From a virus (lineage: Duplodnaviria; Caudoviricetes): DNA of 64,000 bases. A program made the position numbers and the translations under genes. Positions 34,201-47,500 of this stretch are shown one piece after another (position 1 is the first letter of the stretch; each line of letters opens with the position of its first letter). The stretch covers positions 96,001-160,000 of IMG/VR virus record IMGVR_UViG_3300021387_001157; one strand, given 5' to 3'. The notes below the pieces were generated by a model that ran no database searches, was not told the DNA's origin, and worked only from the letters and a program-made list of their open reading frames with translations.

Positions 34201-35034
34201 AGTTCCATCAGCCTCTCACCAATTTTTATGGCTTTATAGTTACCATCAACCGGTTCCAATGGAAATTGAAAACGAAGATTCCCAATTATTATTTGGGATT
34301 TTTTTACCTCCACCGATTCTTTGATGTTTTTTCTTTTTAACGACCACATAGAACTTTTATTTTTTTATTTTAGATATTATCTTTAAAATAAATTTATAAA
34401 CCGGATATAGAATTACTATGATTATCGAACTAGGTATTAATGCAAACCACATAAGAGCAAAAAGCAATGATATGACTATAACTAAATCCGAATCAAAATC
34501 CGTAAATTTGGATATAAGAATTATAGATGCTACAAAAAAGACGAAAAAACCAGTGATATAGATTATCCAATACACACTCATATTTATATAATTTTATTAA
34601 TTTTACAACCATCAAGTTACATCATATAAACCTATTTTATTTTGAAGTTTATTGAAATCTTCTTCTAGTTTTTTGCTTTTATCTTTTATATCATTTACAA
34701 TCTTTTTTACTTCATCAAATTTCTCTGGCGTCGATTCTTTCATCAATGAACAAAGACCTTTATCAATAAGTTCAATATACGAACCACAAAATGTATCTTG
34801 TACGAGGAATTTTCCATAAATATCGTGATATAAGTGAATATACCCCCAATGATAGTTGCATCCGATACATAGTGTGTCTATACCAGTTGATGTCTTTATA
34901 AACTTTACCATTTCTATACGGTCGTTCATATCAAGGTCAAAGAAGACACGACCATCATATTTTTCGGCGAGTTCTGGTGTAATATCAATTTCTGTTTTCA
35001 TCACCGGTTCCAATATATCATCTATTTCTTCCAT
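31277..35034 (-). CDS. Run of about 11 small hypothetical genes
   Basis: Packed minus-strand ORFs in the track; no recognisable motifs. Confidence 0.55.
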
Positions 35035-35256
35035 AATTGTTTCTTTATGTTATAAAGATAACAAAAAAATTACTCGTTTTTCATTTTTTCATCACTTTTA
35101 TCATCTTTAAAAATGGCAAATATAATAGTGAGAAAAAATACAATTACAAAAAATATAAGAAAAAACATAAAATATTATATTTATTCAAAGTAAGACAAAA
35201 TTGAATTAATCCTACCTCAACAATCTATTTGGATTCAACATATTGGACGAGTATTA

Positions 35257-36351
35257 TTATTGTTTATACCTAACCAATTCTTTTTTATTATTGTCCCATT
35301 TGTATCCTGCTTCTTTCATCTTTTTGAACAAGAGGTCACGTTGTTCTTTAGTTGCAGGAAAAACACTACGAAGTTCACCAAAATGGGATAACATGTTGTG
35401 AGGATTTTTTAGTGTAAGTTCTTCATTTGCATCAATACCAGCATAATAGTAAGCAAGTCCATTATTATATCGGTTTTTATCATATATAAACGGATTACCT
35501 TTTTTAGTTGAAAGAACATCACCATCATTTGCATCATCTATACTCCAAAGACGACAGTCATCTTCTTCATCAAAACCAATGTAATACTGCATCCCATCAT
35601 TATTCGAAATTACTTCATACCAAGATTTGCATACTTCTACAATTTTGTATGTACTTAAACTATCCTCTAGTACAACCCAATCACCAACTTTAAACTTTGT
35701 ATCATATCCATCCTTTAATTCAAGATGTTGTTTTTTCTCACATTGTTTTTCAAGCCAATTGTATTTACCATCATGTGTTAAATGTTCGTACCCATTTCTC
35801 TTATACCACTCTTCCATCCATGTGTTACTTTCAACTTTTAATCGGATTTTAGATATTCCGAATGTTTTAGCAACCTCTTCGGCTGCTTTCAGAATCTTTC
35901 TACCATATCCACGTTTCCTATTACATTCTTCAACAAACACACTTGACAAATAAAGCGTATCATCATCATATTGATAAAATGCAAAACGTAATAATACATC
36001 ATCATTTATTTCATGTTTCTGTTCAGTGGAAACTATTTCTGATATAGACTTTGTTTTTCCACGCTTTTCATACAATCGACCCTCTTCAAATCCTTCAAGA
36101 TAAAATTTATCTTTGGTCGTTTCATATGTATATTTCTGCTTTTCAAGCCAAGCAAATGCTTTATCTGCAAATACATTGTTAACTACACCATCTTCAACAT
36201 ATTTGTTTTCAAGTTCTTTTTTTATCCATTTCCTTATACTTTCGTCATTTTCTTTGAGTTCTGGAATAAGAGTTTCAAGAGCTTCGCAAAGCATTATTCT
36301 ACCGGTAGGAAAATTGCTACGTATTATTTTTATTGCTTCGTTTTTATCCAT
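35257..36351 (-). CDS. Mosaic protein with an internal GNAT acetyltransferase domain
   Basis: LSSVFVEECNRKRGYGRKIL...WYKRNGY; flanks shared with 37065-38426. Confidence 0.7.
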   Translation of the reverse strand: MDKNEAIKIIRSNFPTGRIMLCEALETLIPELKENDESIRKWIKKELENKYVEDGVVNNVFADKAFAWLEKQKYTYETTKDKFYLEGFEEGRLYEKRGKTKSISEIVSTEQKHEINDDVLLRFAFYQYDDDTLYLSSVFVEECNRKRGYGRKILKAAEEVAKTFGISKIRLKVESNTWMEEWYKRNGYEHLTHDGKYNWLEKQCEKKQHLELKDGYDTKFKVGDWVVLEDSLSTYKIVEVCKSWYEVISNNDGMQYYIGFDEEDDCRLWSIDDANDGDVLSTKKGNPFIYDKNRYNNGLAYYYAGIDANEELTLKNPHNMLSHFGELRSVFPATKEQRDLLFKKMKEAGYKWDNNKKELVRYKQ

Positions 36352-36352
36352 T

Positions 36353-39300
36353 TTATTCTCCTTTCTTTATATAATCATTTTCAAGAAGCCAACAAATCAT
36401 TTCAAATGCAGTTTCAATAAGTGGCTTACTTCCTATATCATGGTCACTATAAATGTCAACTAAACATTTGTCTCTATTGGTAGTAATGTATCTCAAAGAG
36501 TTGTCATTAGCAAACTGCCACTCTAAATTATAGAAATAAGCACTTCTTTTGTCAACTGGAACTGATATAACTTTAGGCATCAACTCTAATAATGCTCCGA
36601 GAGACCAACAAGGTATATCTCCTTTATCATATTCAGGAAGTCTACTATGAAGATGTTTTTCTACAATGATAAAAGTTGGATACATTACATTACCAGCAGG
36701 GGTTGGGTTACAAAAATAATACATATCAGCAGTATCAGGATTCAATCCTAACTCTACTAATTTCTTACTTTGTTCAATTGATGTGTAGTGTTGCATTTAT
36801 TCTTCTCCTTTCTTGCTACTTCGGTTTTAACATTGGTATAGAAGTCCCATGCAGCTTTATAGATGGTATCACCAAAGCCACATACACCTTCTTGAATATT
36901 CTTACCATAAAGAAAGCACCACTGGTTTCCATCTTTGAATGGTTTTATATCAAGGGCAGAAATGCATTCCCACATTGCATGAGTTTCAAGCACTTCTCCA
37001 TATTGACCTGTTAGAATGTTCAGTAATTCTTCTATGTTCATTTATTTTATTCTCCTTTCTGTAATTAATCATTATATCCTTCGTACATCTTTTTACCAGT
37101 TATTTCGGTATAAAGATTTTCAAACTCAATCTGAACTTCTTTATCAATTTGAGTTAAGTGACCCCGAATTATTCTTGCAAATTGTTCTGCTATTTCAGTT
37201 TTATCAAGGTACTTCTGTTCACTTTTCTTTTTAAGCCAATCAATAAGGTCTTCACAGTTACACTCTCTGTCAAAACTTTCCATATCGACATAAGTTTGAA
37301 GTTTTGACAATAGTCTTTCATCCTCTTCACTCCAAGCAAGATTTTGCTCTGAAAATATTGCAGATTTCGTCGGATACGGACTACCTTTTTCTTTCACGTT
37401 ATAACCACCGTTAACAATCTTACAATTTTCAGGAAGAACATAATCAATGTGATTAGGTTCATCTTCTATACCATAGTATGTTATACCAGCAATATCTTTT
37501 ACTTCAAGTACATTATACTCAATGTCTGCATATTTAACCTTAAATTTTGGTTCAACTTTATCAGTAGGATTCTGTTGAATATAACTTAAGCATTGTTTTG
37601 TACCGTGTGTTCCAGGAATCATCCAAGTTTTTATTTCTTCTGTTTTATATTTGGAATTAAAATGATTTCGTTCACAATCACTACATTTAGGAATTGTACC
37701 TCCATATTTACAATAAAAATATGCTGAGGAATCTTGTTCAATCTTTTTCAACTCTTTCTTTTCGGCATCACTTGCAAGTACATCACCATCCTTTGCATCT
37801 TGGAAAGTCCAAAGGTGGCAACTGCCATCAACGAAACAAGGCATAGGGTCTGTCAGATTTCCATTTGACCATTCAATGTAGTATCTGAGTGTTCCATAAT
37901 TATCGTACTTTATTTCAGATATTTTGCCAATTCCACCTTTCTTGTTTACAATCCAATCTCCAACTTTAAACTTTGTTCCAAACTTATCAACGGGATTATT
38001 CTCACCTTGTTTTTCAAGTTCTGTATTGATGTATTGCAAACCACATTCTAATAGCGCTTTTGCATCTTCAAGACTACGAGTGTCCCAGTCTATATTAGAT
38101 TTTCCATTCGATTCAGTAATTAAAACAACTTGTTTTTCAGAGTTTACTTTCCTTGAAAAATGAATTCTTTTTCCTTTTTCTTTCATTTCTTCAAGAAAGG
38201 TAATATACTCTTGTTTTTTGTTAGAAAGAAGCAAGGTTGGGTCAGTGACAAAATCAATAATACCATTTATTATTTTTTCGTATTCATATTCAATACTCTT
38301 TTTGAGCTCGGGAAAGACCCTTTCAAGTCTTTGTTTTAGCTCCTCGTGAGAATATGCAAGATTATTAAAATTAAACTCTTTCTTACATCTTTCAAGAGCC
38401 TCTTTATACATTTTTTCGTAGTCCATTTTATTCTCCTTTCTTTATATAATCATTTTTGATATAACCGTATTCAGGATGTTCCATTTCCTCCTTTTTTGCT
38501 TTAAGGCCAAGTTCAAAGAAATGCTTGGCGATAGATTTACCAACAATATTGTTCACTAACTTGCTATATACAGGGTCATCTTCAACAAAATTCTTATATT
38601 CTTTATTCAAGTCAATATCTTTCACTTCAAGGGTGTCAATAGCGGATTTTTTTATAAGTTTCATATTATTTAGATTTAAATATCATACATTCCTTCAGGT
38701 GCTTCCAATGCTAGACCTTTTTCAATTAAACCTGAATAATCCACATTGATAGAACGTAAATAATTCAAGCAATCCTCCATCACATAATATGGAGTATATA
38801 CTGGATAAGTCATGTCATGCACTACACCATTATCATAAGTGTTTAGGCACGTCATCTTAGATACATGTCTTTTCTCTTCTTCAGTCATACTTGACATCGG
38901 ACGTAGATAAGGCTTGATATCTACAATAGAAGCTTCGTAATCAACACCCGGTTCTGGTTGACATAAAACATTAATGTAATAATCATCAATATTTTTACCA
39001 TAAGTCGATATTTTCATTATTTTAACATTACGAAACTTATTTAATGCTTTATGATACCACTGAGCAAAAATTTTATATGGTAACCTTGAACAAAGGTCTC
39101 TCAGTAATAATTGCTTATCTTTCTCTGTCATACTCTATAAAATATTTTTCAATTTCGTTAAACAATAGTCTCTTCTTATAACGAGTTGCATCCATATGCC
39201 CCTATTTTTATCCCTTAAAGTACGTTTCATACCATCAAATCGGACTTCTGTTCCATTTTTATTTACTGCTAAGTATGGCATAATATTAAATTAAATTATC

Positions 39301-40161
39301 TCTGACAGATTTCTTAACTTTACATTCTTTGTACTTGTCGGTAATCATAGATTTTTGTGTCTTAAGCATTTCAATAAGTTCTAAGTTCCCATCTTCATGG
39401 TCAACATATAATGATTCGTATTCGTACTCACCCATATCCTCAATTACAATGTCACGAATGTTTCCTCTTATAGTAGCTGAAAAATCAAAGTACCCTAACC
39501 TCATTTCGCCTGCATATCCTTTTACTTTTACATAAATATCATCAGTATTCATTTTTGTAAAAGTAATAAGACGACCATTATGGTCTAAAATTGGGTTTAT
39601 TTCTGTTTTTGGAACAAAAATTTCCGTTAATAAAAGGTCATCAAATAGATTTTCAATAGATTTAGGATTTTTTAGAATATATCTTTCAAAAGGATAATAC
39701 TCATTAAAAACGTCAATAAATTCTTTATCATTCATCTTTTAAATCAGATTAGTTAAACAATACTTAATTGCTGCTTCACAAGCTCGTTCATAGGACTCAT
39801 ATACCCACCCCTGATGATACGTTTCATTAGTTTTTGCAACTATTATCTCAATATCCCAGAGAAATTTTTCATTATCGAGGACACTACTTAAAATTGGTAC
39901 AATAGCAATGCCTTTGGCTTCTCTCAGCCATTTCATTGCCATTTGAAGTGTTGGAGCATATACTGATTTACCAGATGCTTTGTATCCTCCTAATTGCATG
40001 TCAAAGAATTTATTTGCTTTAAATGCTATACCTCCTCTGTTGCTGCGATTCTTAAATACACATTCTGTAATGGTATATACAGTTGTGCATTTTGTATCAA
40101 ACCCCTTTTCTCTAAGAAGTTTAGCTATTTCAATACTAACATAATCTTCGGTAATAGTCAT
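36353..40161 (-). CDS. Cluster of modular hypothetical genes (36353-36796, 36757-37041, 37065-38426, 38428-38664, 38676-39131, 39286-39735, 39739-40161)
   Basis: Shared modules such as KFKVGDW, DAxDGDVL and NDYIKKGE. Confidence 0.65.
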
Positions 40162-40193
40162 TATTTCTATGTTTTTAAAGTTAAATTTTTCAA

Positions 40194-41054
40194 TTACTTC
40201 CTTTTTCTTTTTCCTCCGTGATATTCTTCACCTCGGAAGGAGGTCTCTTCATCAAAGCCATGTTTAATGATTTTGATAGAGTTTTCTTTTCTTTCCTTTA
40301 TCTTACGTTCTTCCTCAATATCGTGAAGGAGACTCTCCTCTTTTTTTAGTTTTTCCCTCATACGTTCTCTTTCTCTTTTTTTGTAAGCATCTATTGATTC
40401 TTGTCGGCACTGTTTGTGTTTAGGAGTTTTTCTTTTAATTTCCATAAATTCACCATCAACGATAGGATGTGCCTTTGTTTCAATATCTACTGGACCAGGT
40501 GCAATCCACAAGACATTGAGGAGTTTATTAAGTTTCTTATACTCCTCAGGAGTTATTACCTCGTTAAAGATATGGTTGATTTTATCTCTTCCAACACGTT
40601 TGATAACCCTATCAATTTCTTCTTTGGTAAAGTCTGATTTGTCAAATACATATCCATGAATGACTCTATTGTCAATTTTGTAAGTCAAGTGACTTCTCTT
40701 CCAACTTCTTTTGTTCTTGTAGATGTTTCCGTTCTCATCAATAACAAACTCATTAAACCAATAACATGGTTTAGTTGAAATTAGGTTTAAATCAGTATGA
40801 ATTATAGAGAGAAATTCCTTGCTGTATCTAAACTTTTCTTTAAGATTACAGAAGAGTTTCTTACGACACTCATTATAGTTTTCACCCACATGTTTTCCCC
40901 AAAATCTGTAGATATAGGAATAGATTTTTCTCAGGGCGAACCATCTTCTTCCTTTATAGTCTCCGAAGTCACCAACTTTTTTTGTACTGTAGAGGAATGT
41001 ATCTTTTGTAAGACTTGTATGTTGTGGGAAGTCTGTAAAATTCTTGTTTTTCAT
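40194..41054 (-). CDS. Basic hypothetical protein, paralog of 61542-62381
   Basis: Shared TKDTF, SYIxRFWxKHVGENY, EESLLH, KHGFDEETSFR. Confidence 0.75.
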   Translation of the reverse strand: MKNKNFTDFPQHTSLTKDTFLYSTKKVGDFGDYKGRRWFALRKIYSYIYRFWGKHVGENYNECRKKLFCNLKEKFRYSKEFLSIIHTDLNLISTKPCYWFNEFVIDENGNIYKNKRSWKRSHLTYKIDNRVIHGYVFDKSDFTKEEIDRVIKRVGRDKINHIFNEVITPEEYKKLNKLLNVLWIAPGPVDIETKAHPIVDGEFMEIKRKTPKHKQCRQESIDAYKKRERERMREKLKKEESLLHDIEEERKIKERKENSIKIIKHGFDEETSFRGEEYHGGKRKRK

Positions 41055-41093
41055 TAGCCAACTCTGAGTATATAGTCCATTTTCTACTTCTAT

Positions 41094-41618
41094 TTATTCA
41101 AAATATGCCATTGCTTCATAGTTAAATCCCACAAATGGAATGTTGTAATCACACTGTGACTGAAGAATATCAACCCATTGTTCCATTGGAGTACCATCAA
41201 GAATCAACCTGTTGAGAGCGTCTCCGAAAATGATGTTCTGTCTATTAACCTCATCTTCTGTAGTATCAAATCCATATTCACAAGCCTCTTTAATGTTGGA
41301 TATGAACATAGATGTGAAGAAACCGTGTAACCCGTATCTGTCTGCAAAGTTACCAGCGTAGCACCAGACTCCAATAATTCTTCTCTTTCTCAACATTTCA
41401 AGATGTGACCTATCGATGCAGTATCCGTTCCAATGTTGATTTATCAAACCCAATTCAGTACCATGTCCAAACAGTAATAAATCATTAGAACTATTTCTTA
41501 TAAGGTCTTTGATTTTATGTCCGCTTGGATTTACAAGAAGATTTGTCTCCACATCAGATATTATATGAGTATAATATCCGGTATCTGGCATACTATCTAT
41601 TACTATTGCATCTAACAT
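41094..41618 (-). CDS. Hypothetical protein (possible caspase/CHAT-like His-Cys pair)
   Basis: LLFGHG...GVWCYA. Confidence 0.45.
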   Translation of the reverse strand: MLDAIVIDSMPDTGYYTHIISDVETNLLVNPSGHKIKDLIRNSSNDLLLFGHGTELGLINQHWNGYCIDRSHLEMLRKRRIIGVWCYAGNFADRYGLHGFFTSMFISNIKEACEYGFDTTEDEVNRQNIIFGDALNRLILDGTPMEQWVDILQSQCDYNIPFVGFNYEAMAYFE

Positions 41619-41726
41619 ATCATTGTATATTTTCTCGTTGCAAAGATACGAACTTTTTTTTAATTACCAAAATTTTTTTTCAAAAAAAATTATTTTTTTA
41701 TATAAAATCAAATCAATAAATACTTT

Positions 41727-42032
41727 ATGGGATATGTATATTTGATTTGTGACAGTAAGAATGAGTATTATAAAATAGGTGTCACTACAGGAAAAATTGA
41801 AAATCGTATTAAACAATTACAGACTGGCAATGGTACTGAATTGTTCATACGAGATTATTTCGAAACTGAATACCCATTTAAACTTGAAAAACTACTACAT
41901 AACAAATTCATGACAAAAAAAGTATTGAATGAATGGTTTATGCTTTCAGTTGAGGATGTATGTAGATTTAAGAACACATGCAAAGAACTTCAGCACACAA
42001 TTGAAATTCTACTAAACAATCCATTTTTTTAA
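41727..42032 (+). CDS. GIY-YIG / T5orf172 family protein
   Basis: GYVYLI, YKIGVT, RIKQLQTGN, LEKLLH, EWF; the only convincing plus-strand gene. Confidence 0.88.
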   Translation: MGYVYLICDSKNEYYKIGVTTGKIENRIKQLQTGNGTELFIRDYFETEYPFKLEKLLHNKFMTKKVLNEWFMLSVEDVCRFKNTCKELQHTIEILLNNPFF

Positions 42033-42555
42033 ACGTTTCATAGTTATAATTTTTATAGAAAAATATTCTAACCAATTATTTTATACTCTCCAATCCATTA
42101 TCTTTGATGTAAGATATAAAATGGAATGGGAGTATAGCAATATAAAAAATAATGATAAATGGCCAAAAAAAATGCAAAAAATGCACACGCTTCTGGATAT
42201 TCTTCATCTATAAAATAACTAATATCGCTATTATCAAAAAGTTCTTGAAAATAAATAGATTTTCTGTCAAGATACACGAACAAAAACAAGGTTAAAACAC
42301 CAAGTACGAAATATAATATAACGTATAAAAAAAAAAACATAATATTTTATTTTTAATTTTAATCAAGAAATCTAATATAGCACATACCATTTCTCAGGTA
42401 TACATATTCATACGGACGACCTTGGTCGTAGAACACATCACCATCACCGGTGTTTCTCTCAATTTTGAAAACGTGAAGCAATATACCGATAAGTATAGGT
42501 ATGCTTACAATAATACAGATGATAACTAAGAAGATTTTTAACATAATACTTGATT

Positions 42556-43389
42556 TTATTTGGAAATTTGTTGAACAACTCTGTTTTTTCTATGTAGTTC
42601 TCTATAACAAGATGCACATGATGGTATGAAAATTTTATAAAATTTCTGATTAAAATCTTTAAATTTTTTTGCAAACCCACCATCCAAATAGTTATCAATC
42701 ACTGCATAATTTAGAATACCCATAGGACATTTGTAAATGTTTCCTATTTCATCAATGAGAAACCCATACATTTCATCGTTCTGTGAACAAAATGTTCCCA
42801 TATAATTATAAAAACTACTGCCAGCAAGTTCACCTCTTCCAACAGGAACGATGGAATCTTCACACATATAATCTTTCTCAGGTATATTGTAATTTACACC
42901 AGTCTCTTTTAAAAAGAGTTCGGCTGCATCATTGTTACGGTTAGTGTGCCATTTGTCGTTTGAAATCGAGATACGGATACTTTTTTTATACAAGTCTATG
43001 AATTTTGCAAGTTTTTCTTTAACTTTCTCATTGTGTGCCCAATCACCATTGCTAACGATTCTTGTGAATTTTACATTTTGTACAATAAGAGACATGATTT
43101 CAAACCAGTCTGGGTTGCAGAAAAATTCACCACCCATAATCTGACATGATGAAATCTCGTTACTCGTGAGAAATTTCACGGTTTTTTCTGCTTGCTCAAT
43201 AGACATAAAAACATTACTTTCAGGTGAACTTTCAAAACAGCAGTGTATACATTTTTGTGTGCATCTGTTTGTTATACGGATTGTTGGGTGCAATTTTCGA
43301 TAACATTTTGTAGACAATACACATGTACAACAATGACAATTATGTTCACCTTTACAAGTTTCTTCTATGCAAATGTCACAAGTTCTCAT
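42556..43389 (-). CDS. Radical SAM protein
   Basis: CTQKCIHC, MGGE, SNG, Cys-rich termini. Confidence 0.88.
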   Translation of the reverse strand: MRTCDICIEETCKGEHNCHCCTCVLSTKCYRKLHPTIRITNRCTQKCIHCCFESSPESNVFMSIEQAEKTVKFLTSNEISSCQIMGGEFFCNPDWFEIMSLIVQNVKFTRIVSNGDWAHNEKVKEKLAKFIDLYKKSIRISISNDKWHTNRNNDAAELFLKETGVNYNIPEKDYMCEDSIVPVGRGELAGSSFYNYMGTFCSQNDEMYGFLIDEIGNIYKCPMGILNYAVIDNYLDGGFAKKFKDFNQKFYKIFIPSCASCYRELHRKNRVVQQISK

Positions 43390-43780
43390 AAATATATTCT
43401 TTTTTACAAAGATACTATTATTTTTTTTAATTAAACAAAATTATTTTGTCATTTCACAATATGGTGTCTTTGTAAACAAATCACACATCACATTACAATC
43501 TTTTATAATTTCATTTCTCGGTTCCTTGCAGTCGTGATTATGACAGACCCAACAACAACACTTTGACATCAAGTCACAAAACCTGAATATCTCCCCTTTT
43601 GTACCATTCACATTTATTGTGTACCCAACACTATATCTACATTTTTAATAATTTTGTGTCTATCAGTCCCATTTTCTCTTTCTTTTAATTCATCTGAGTC
43701 GATTCCGAAAGCAGCTATACAAAACTCATCATACGACATTTCGTTAACATTAATCGACTTATAATCATTTATTAAAGTAC

Positions 43781-44299
43781 TCATACTTTCTTTTTTTCGT
43801 CATGTATATTACCTATTACTTCGGCAAATAACAAATCATTCTCGTTTTCAATAAATGGAAACTCCTCTTTATTCAAGATATTGCAAAATATGTCAATGAT
43901 TTTAGATGGGTCTATGACTCTATATTCACTCGATAATATATTCAGAGGAATCTCACTATCAACGGTGTAAAATTCTCCATTTTCGAATTTTATCTCATCT
44001 TCAACTTTTATAATATCTTCTTCTCGTGGATAATCAAATATGTCTGATAATTCTCTAACTTGATAAAAAATGATAATATCGTGTTCATATATCATATTAC
44101 CGTTCTTATCTGTTAAACCGGAACATTCCCCTACTGTGTTAGGGTCAACTTCATACTCTTCACCATCTTTTGTTATAATAATATAATGGTTTATCTGACC
44201 ACGATGATGTGTACCTTGTTCGACTCTTTCGAAATACCAGCCATATACCCATTTTGAATCATGGATACATTTTCCTCTAAATATTATTTCTCTTTTCAT
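43781..44299 (-). CDS. YopX family protein
   Basis: REIIFRGK, WVYG, GLTDKNG..IYEHDI, EVIGNIHD. Confidence 0.88.
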   Translation of the reverse strand: MKREIIFRGKCIHDSKWVYGWYFERVEQGTHHRGQINHYIIITKDGEEYEVDPNTVGECSGLTDKNGNMIYEHDIIIFYQVRELSDIFDYPREEDIIKVEDEIKFENGEFYTVDSEIPLNILSSEYRVIDPSKIIDIFCNILNKEEFPFIENENDLLFAEVIGNIHDEKKKV

Positions 44300-44574
44300 T
44301 TGGTAAAAATATTTCTTTAACAGGGTCTCTTGTATCTTCCCAATCAGGACTATAATTAAATGTATCTTGAAAAACTTCTTTCATTTTTCCAATTTCAAAG
44401 TTTCTCTCTCCATATTATTAATAAACTCATCTTTTTTATCCAAATCGAATGTTCCATCATCTTTCATAAGTAATGTACAGCATCTCGTTTAAAATCATCA
44501 GATACTATATAACTGTTTATAATTGATGTTACTATATTTTCACCAACAATTTTTCTATCCATAATTTTTATATT

Positions 44575-47500
44575 TTATAAAACAAAGTCAAATTCAATAC
44601 CAATATCATTCATAATATGTTGTAAATGATGTAAACTTTCAACTTTTGTTACAGTATAATCACCTATATAACAGAACATACCAACATTATCAACCCTGAT
44701 TTTTATAGTTTTATCACCAATTGTCTTCGACCATTCGTGATAATCGTAGTAGTCACTATCACCGTATCTAAGTTTAAATCCATTCTTTTCAAAAAACTCA
44801 TCCGACAGAGGAATTGGACGGATACAATCCAAACTATAAATTTCACCATCGGCACCAATAGCATCATCTGCTTCTGACATATAGTCTATTCTATGTCCCT
44901 TACATTCTGGTTCGTGGATAAACACGAAATCGCCTATCATAAATTCATTTATCTTCATATAATTCCTCTTTTAATTCTTTCCAAGTAAGATTTCTATAAC
45001 ACATTGGATGAATATTGTTTTGAAGATTGAGATATGGATAAATCCAACCAGATTTATATAGACCATCAAAAGAAAAATTTTCATTCACTTTGAAAAAAGG
45101 ACTTTCTTCATCTCCATGTTTTTCAACCATTTCATCCAAAAGAATCTTTAAAAGTTTATGCTTGTCAATCATTTTGTTTTGTTTTAATATATATTTTTAT
45201 CATGTTCTTGATGCCACTCATTAACAGACTTGTGCATCAAACTCGGTTGAAGACCACCGTTTATACTCCAGTATTCATTCGGATAGTGTATACAGCTACT
45301 AGTTATACTATTGCCTTTATATTCAGCAACAGTTATTGCAAACGGGTTTTTATTATTTACAATATATTCCAATACTTCGTCACACTCTTTGTCTGACACA
45401 AAGTGTTTCGCCTCACATATGTTTCGTGTTGTGGTAAGTTCTCCGTCTTTGAAATCTTTTACAAAAAACGAATTTACATCACTATATAACATTGATGTAC
45501 AAGAACGCCAAGGATGACCATAAACATATTCTGGAGTTATTTTAAAGGTGATTATACATGTTTTGAGTTCTTCAAAGGCATGTTCAGATATGAGACCTAA
45601 ACCAGGTACATAATACTTATACACAAATGGTGTTCTCATAAACCCACAATGTTCTTTCAATCTGCATTTAGTCATACAGAAATCATACATGTCTGCAACA
45701 GATGTGTAAGAATATCTGCACCGACATATATCTTTTAAATTATTTACTTTTTTACACCATTCTTTATCTATCATCTGTCATTATCCAATTTAACTCCATA
45801 TTTAGATTCAAATTTTTCTTTCATAGCATTATATAAAGATAAAACCGATTTTATATCGTTTAAATCAGATTCTTTTTGAAGTTAGTTGATTTCGAAAAAA
45901 TCTTTGGCGACACCAATTTGTACCATATCATTTTTGTTACTAAAAATTATGACATTCCCACATTCAATTCTACAAAAGAAACTATCTTTGAAAAAAAGTG
46001 TTCCTATTTTGCACGATTTAGAAATTCATCCATCATCAACTAACTCTTTTTCTGTCATATTTTATTAATTTTTAAATTCCCACAAATCTTTTTCTTTCAG
46101 TTCTATAATTCTTCCATCAACACGCTCGTCAAATGTTCCGTTTTTAATTTTTTCTTCTTGTTCGTCGGTGACGGCGGCATACATTCCCGAATGGATGGAA
46201 CTTATACATGCTTCGTATTTACAGTCTTTATTTGAACATATGTGTTCATATTTAAGTGGTGAAGTAAGGTATGCACCACCTTCTGTTTCTAATGGACTAC
46301 CACACTCAGGACACCGTAAAACTATGTGTATCGGATGACGTGGTTCTACTTTTTCCACATCCCTAATTGGTCTAGACCATGGTTTATATTCAAACCGTGA
46401 ATTCATTTCCTCCTTTGTTATCTCAATCTCGTAACCGTCATTCATACGACACATCTTATGATACTCAGTATTTCCGATAACATACATTGCACCATTAAAC
46501 CAAAAATCACCAGTTGATTTTTCAATAAATCTTTCTCTTTCCATATTTTTATTGTTTTTTCTTTTCTTCGATTTGAATAAAATTTTGGAAAAGTTGTTTC
46601 GGTGTTATATGAAACTTTTTATTCAAGATATTGTCACTTCTACCGACATAGATGTCGTCATTGATATATTCTAACCAATAAGTTTCTCCTTTTGAAAATC
46701 CATTGAATGAATTTACACATCTAATGAATTTCCCAGAAACATATTCATACTTTTCGTTTTCTGTTTCTCGTGTGTTATCCGATATTTCTACCATTTTATC
46801 TTTTTTTATAAAAATCTCCATCAATTATTTCCTCTTCGTTCATTTCTGTTCCATCATCAAAAACATATACCCAATCTTCATAATAATCATCAAACCTAAT
46901 TTTGACAATTTCACCATATTCGGTCTCACCCTCATAGTCTGTTGTACACTCGTATTCTGCTAAAACATCACCAACATCGTAACGAGGTTCTTTACCACAT
47001 ATATACACAAACCGACTGTTTTTTTCACGGTTTATTGTAATTGTGTCTTTTAATGTTGAACTTTTATCTGAAACAGTTGAATCAACATCAGACTGTGCAG
47101 AATCGTCTTCATAAAATCTTTTACCGGTTATTAACTGGTAAATAGTATCATATTTAGAATCCCCATCATTTACAACGGTTATACCTTTTTCTTTACAGAA
47201 ATCATACTCATCTTGATATATCTCAATACTAGAAGCGACTCTTAGAATCAACTTTGTTTTTTTGATTTTATCAACAATATCGTGGAAAAGAATAAATCCG
47301 GTTTTCGTCCCAGCTTCACATCTTTTCAAATCAAATTTGTCTCCGACTGCTAAAAACATCGTACACACTATATGACTAAACTTCTCGAGTTCTTCGATAT
47401 GTGACAATACATAATCGGGGTTATCATCAGTAACAACCTCTATTCCACGTTCTTTTAAAATATTTAACGAACATCCGTCGTAATACTTGTGGTTAGTTAA

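Noticed and set aside
2-46963. Plus-strand ORFs other than 41727-42032
   Set aside because: They are antisense shadows of well-supported minus-strand genes
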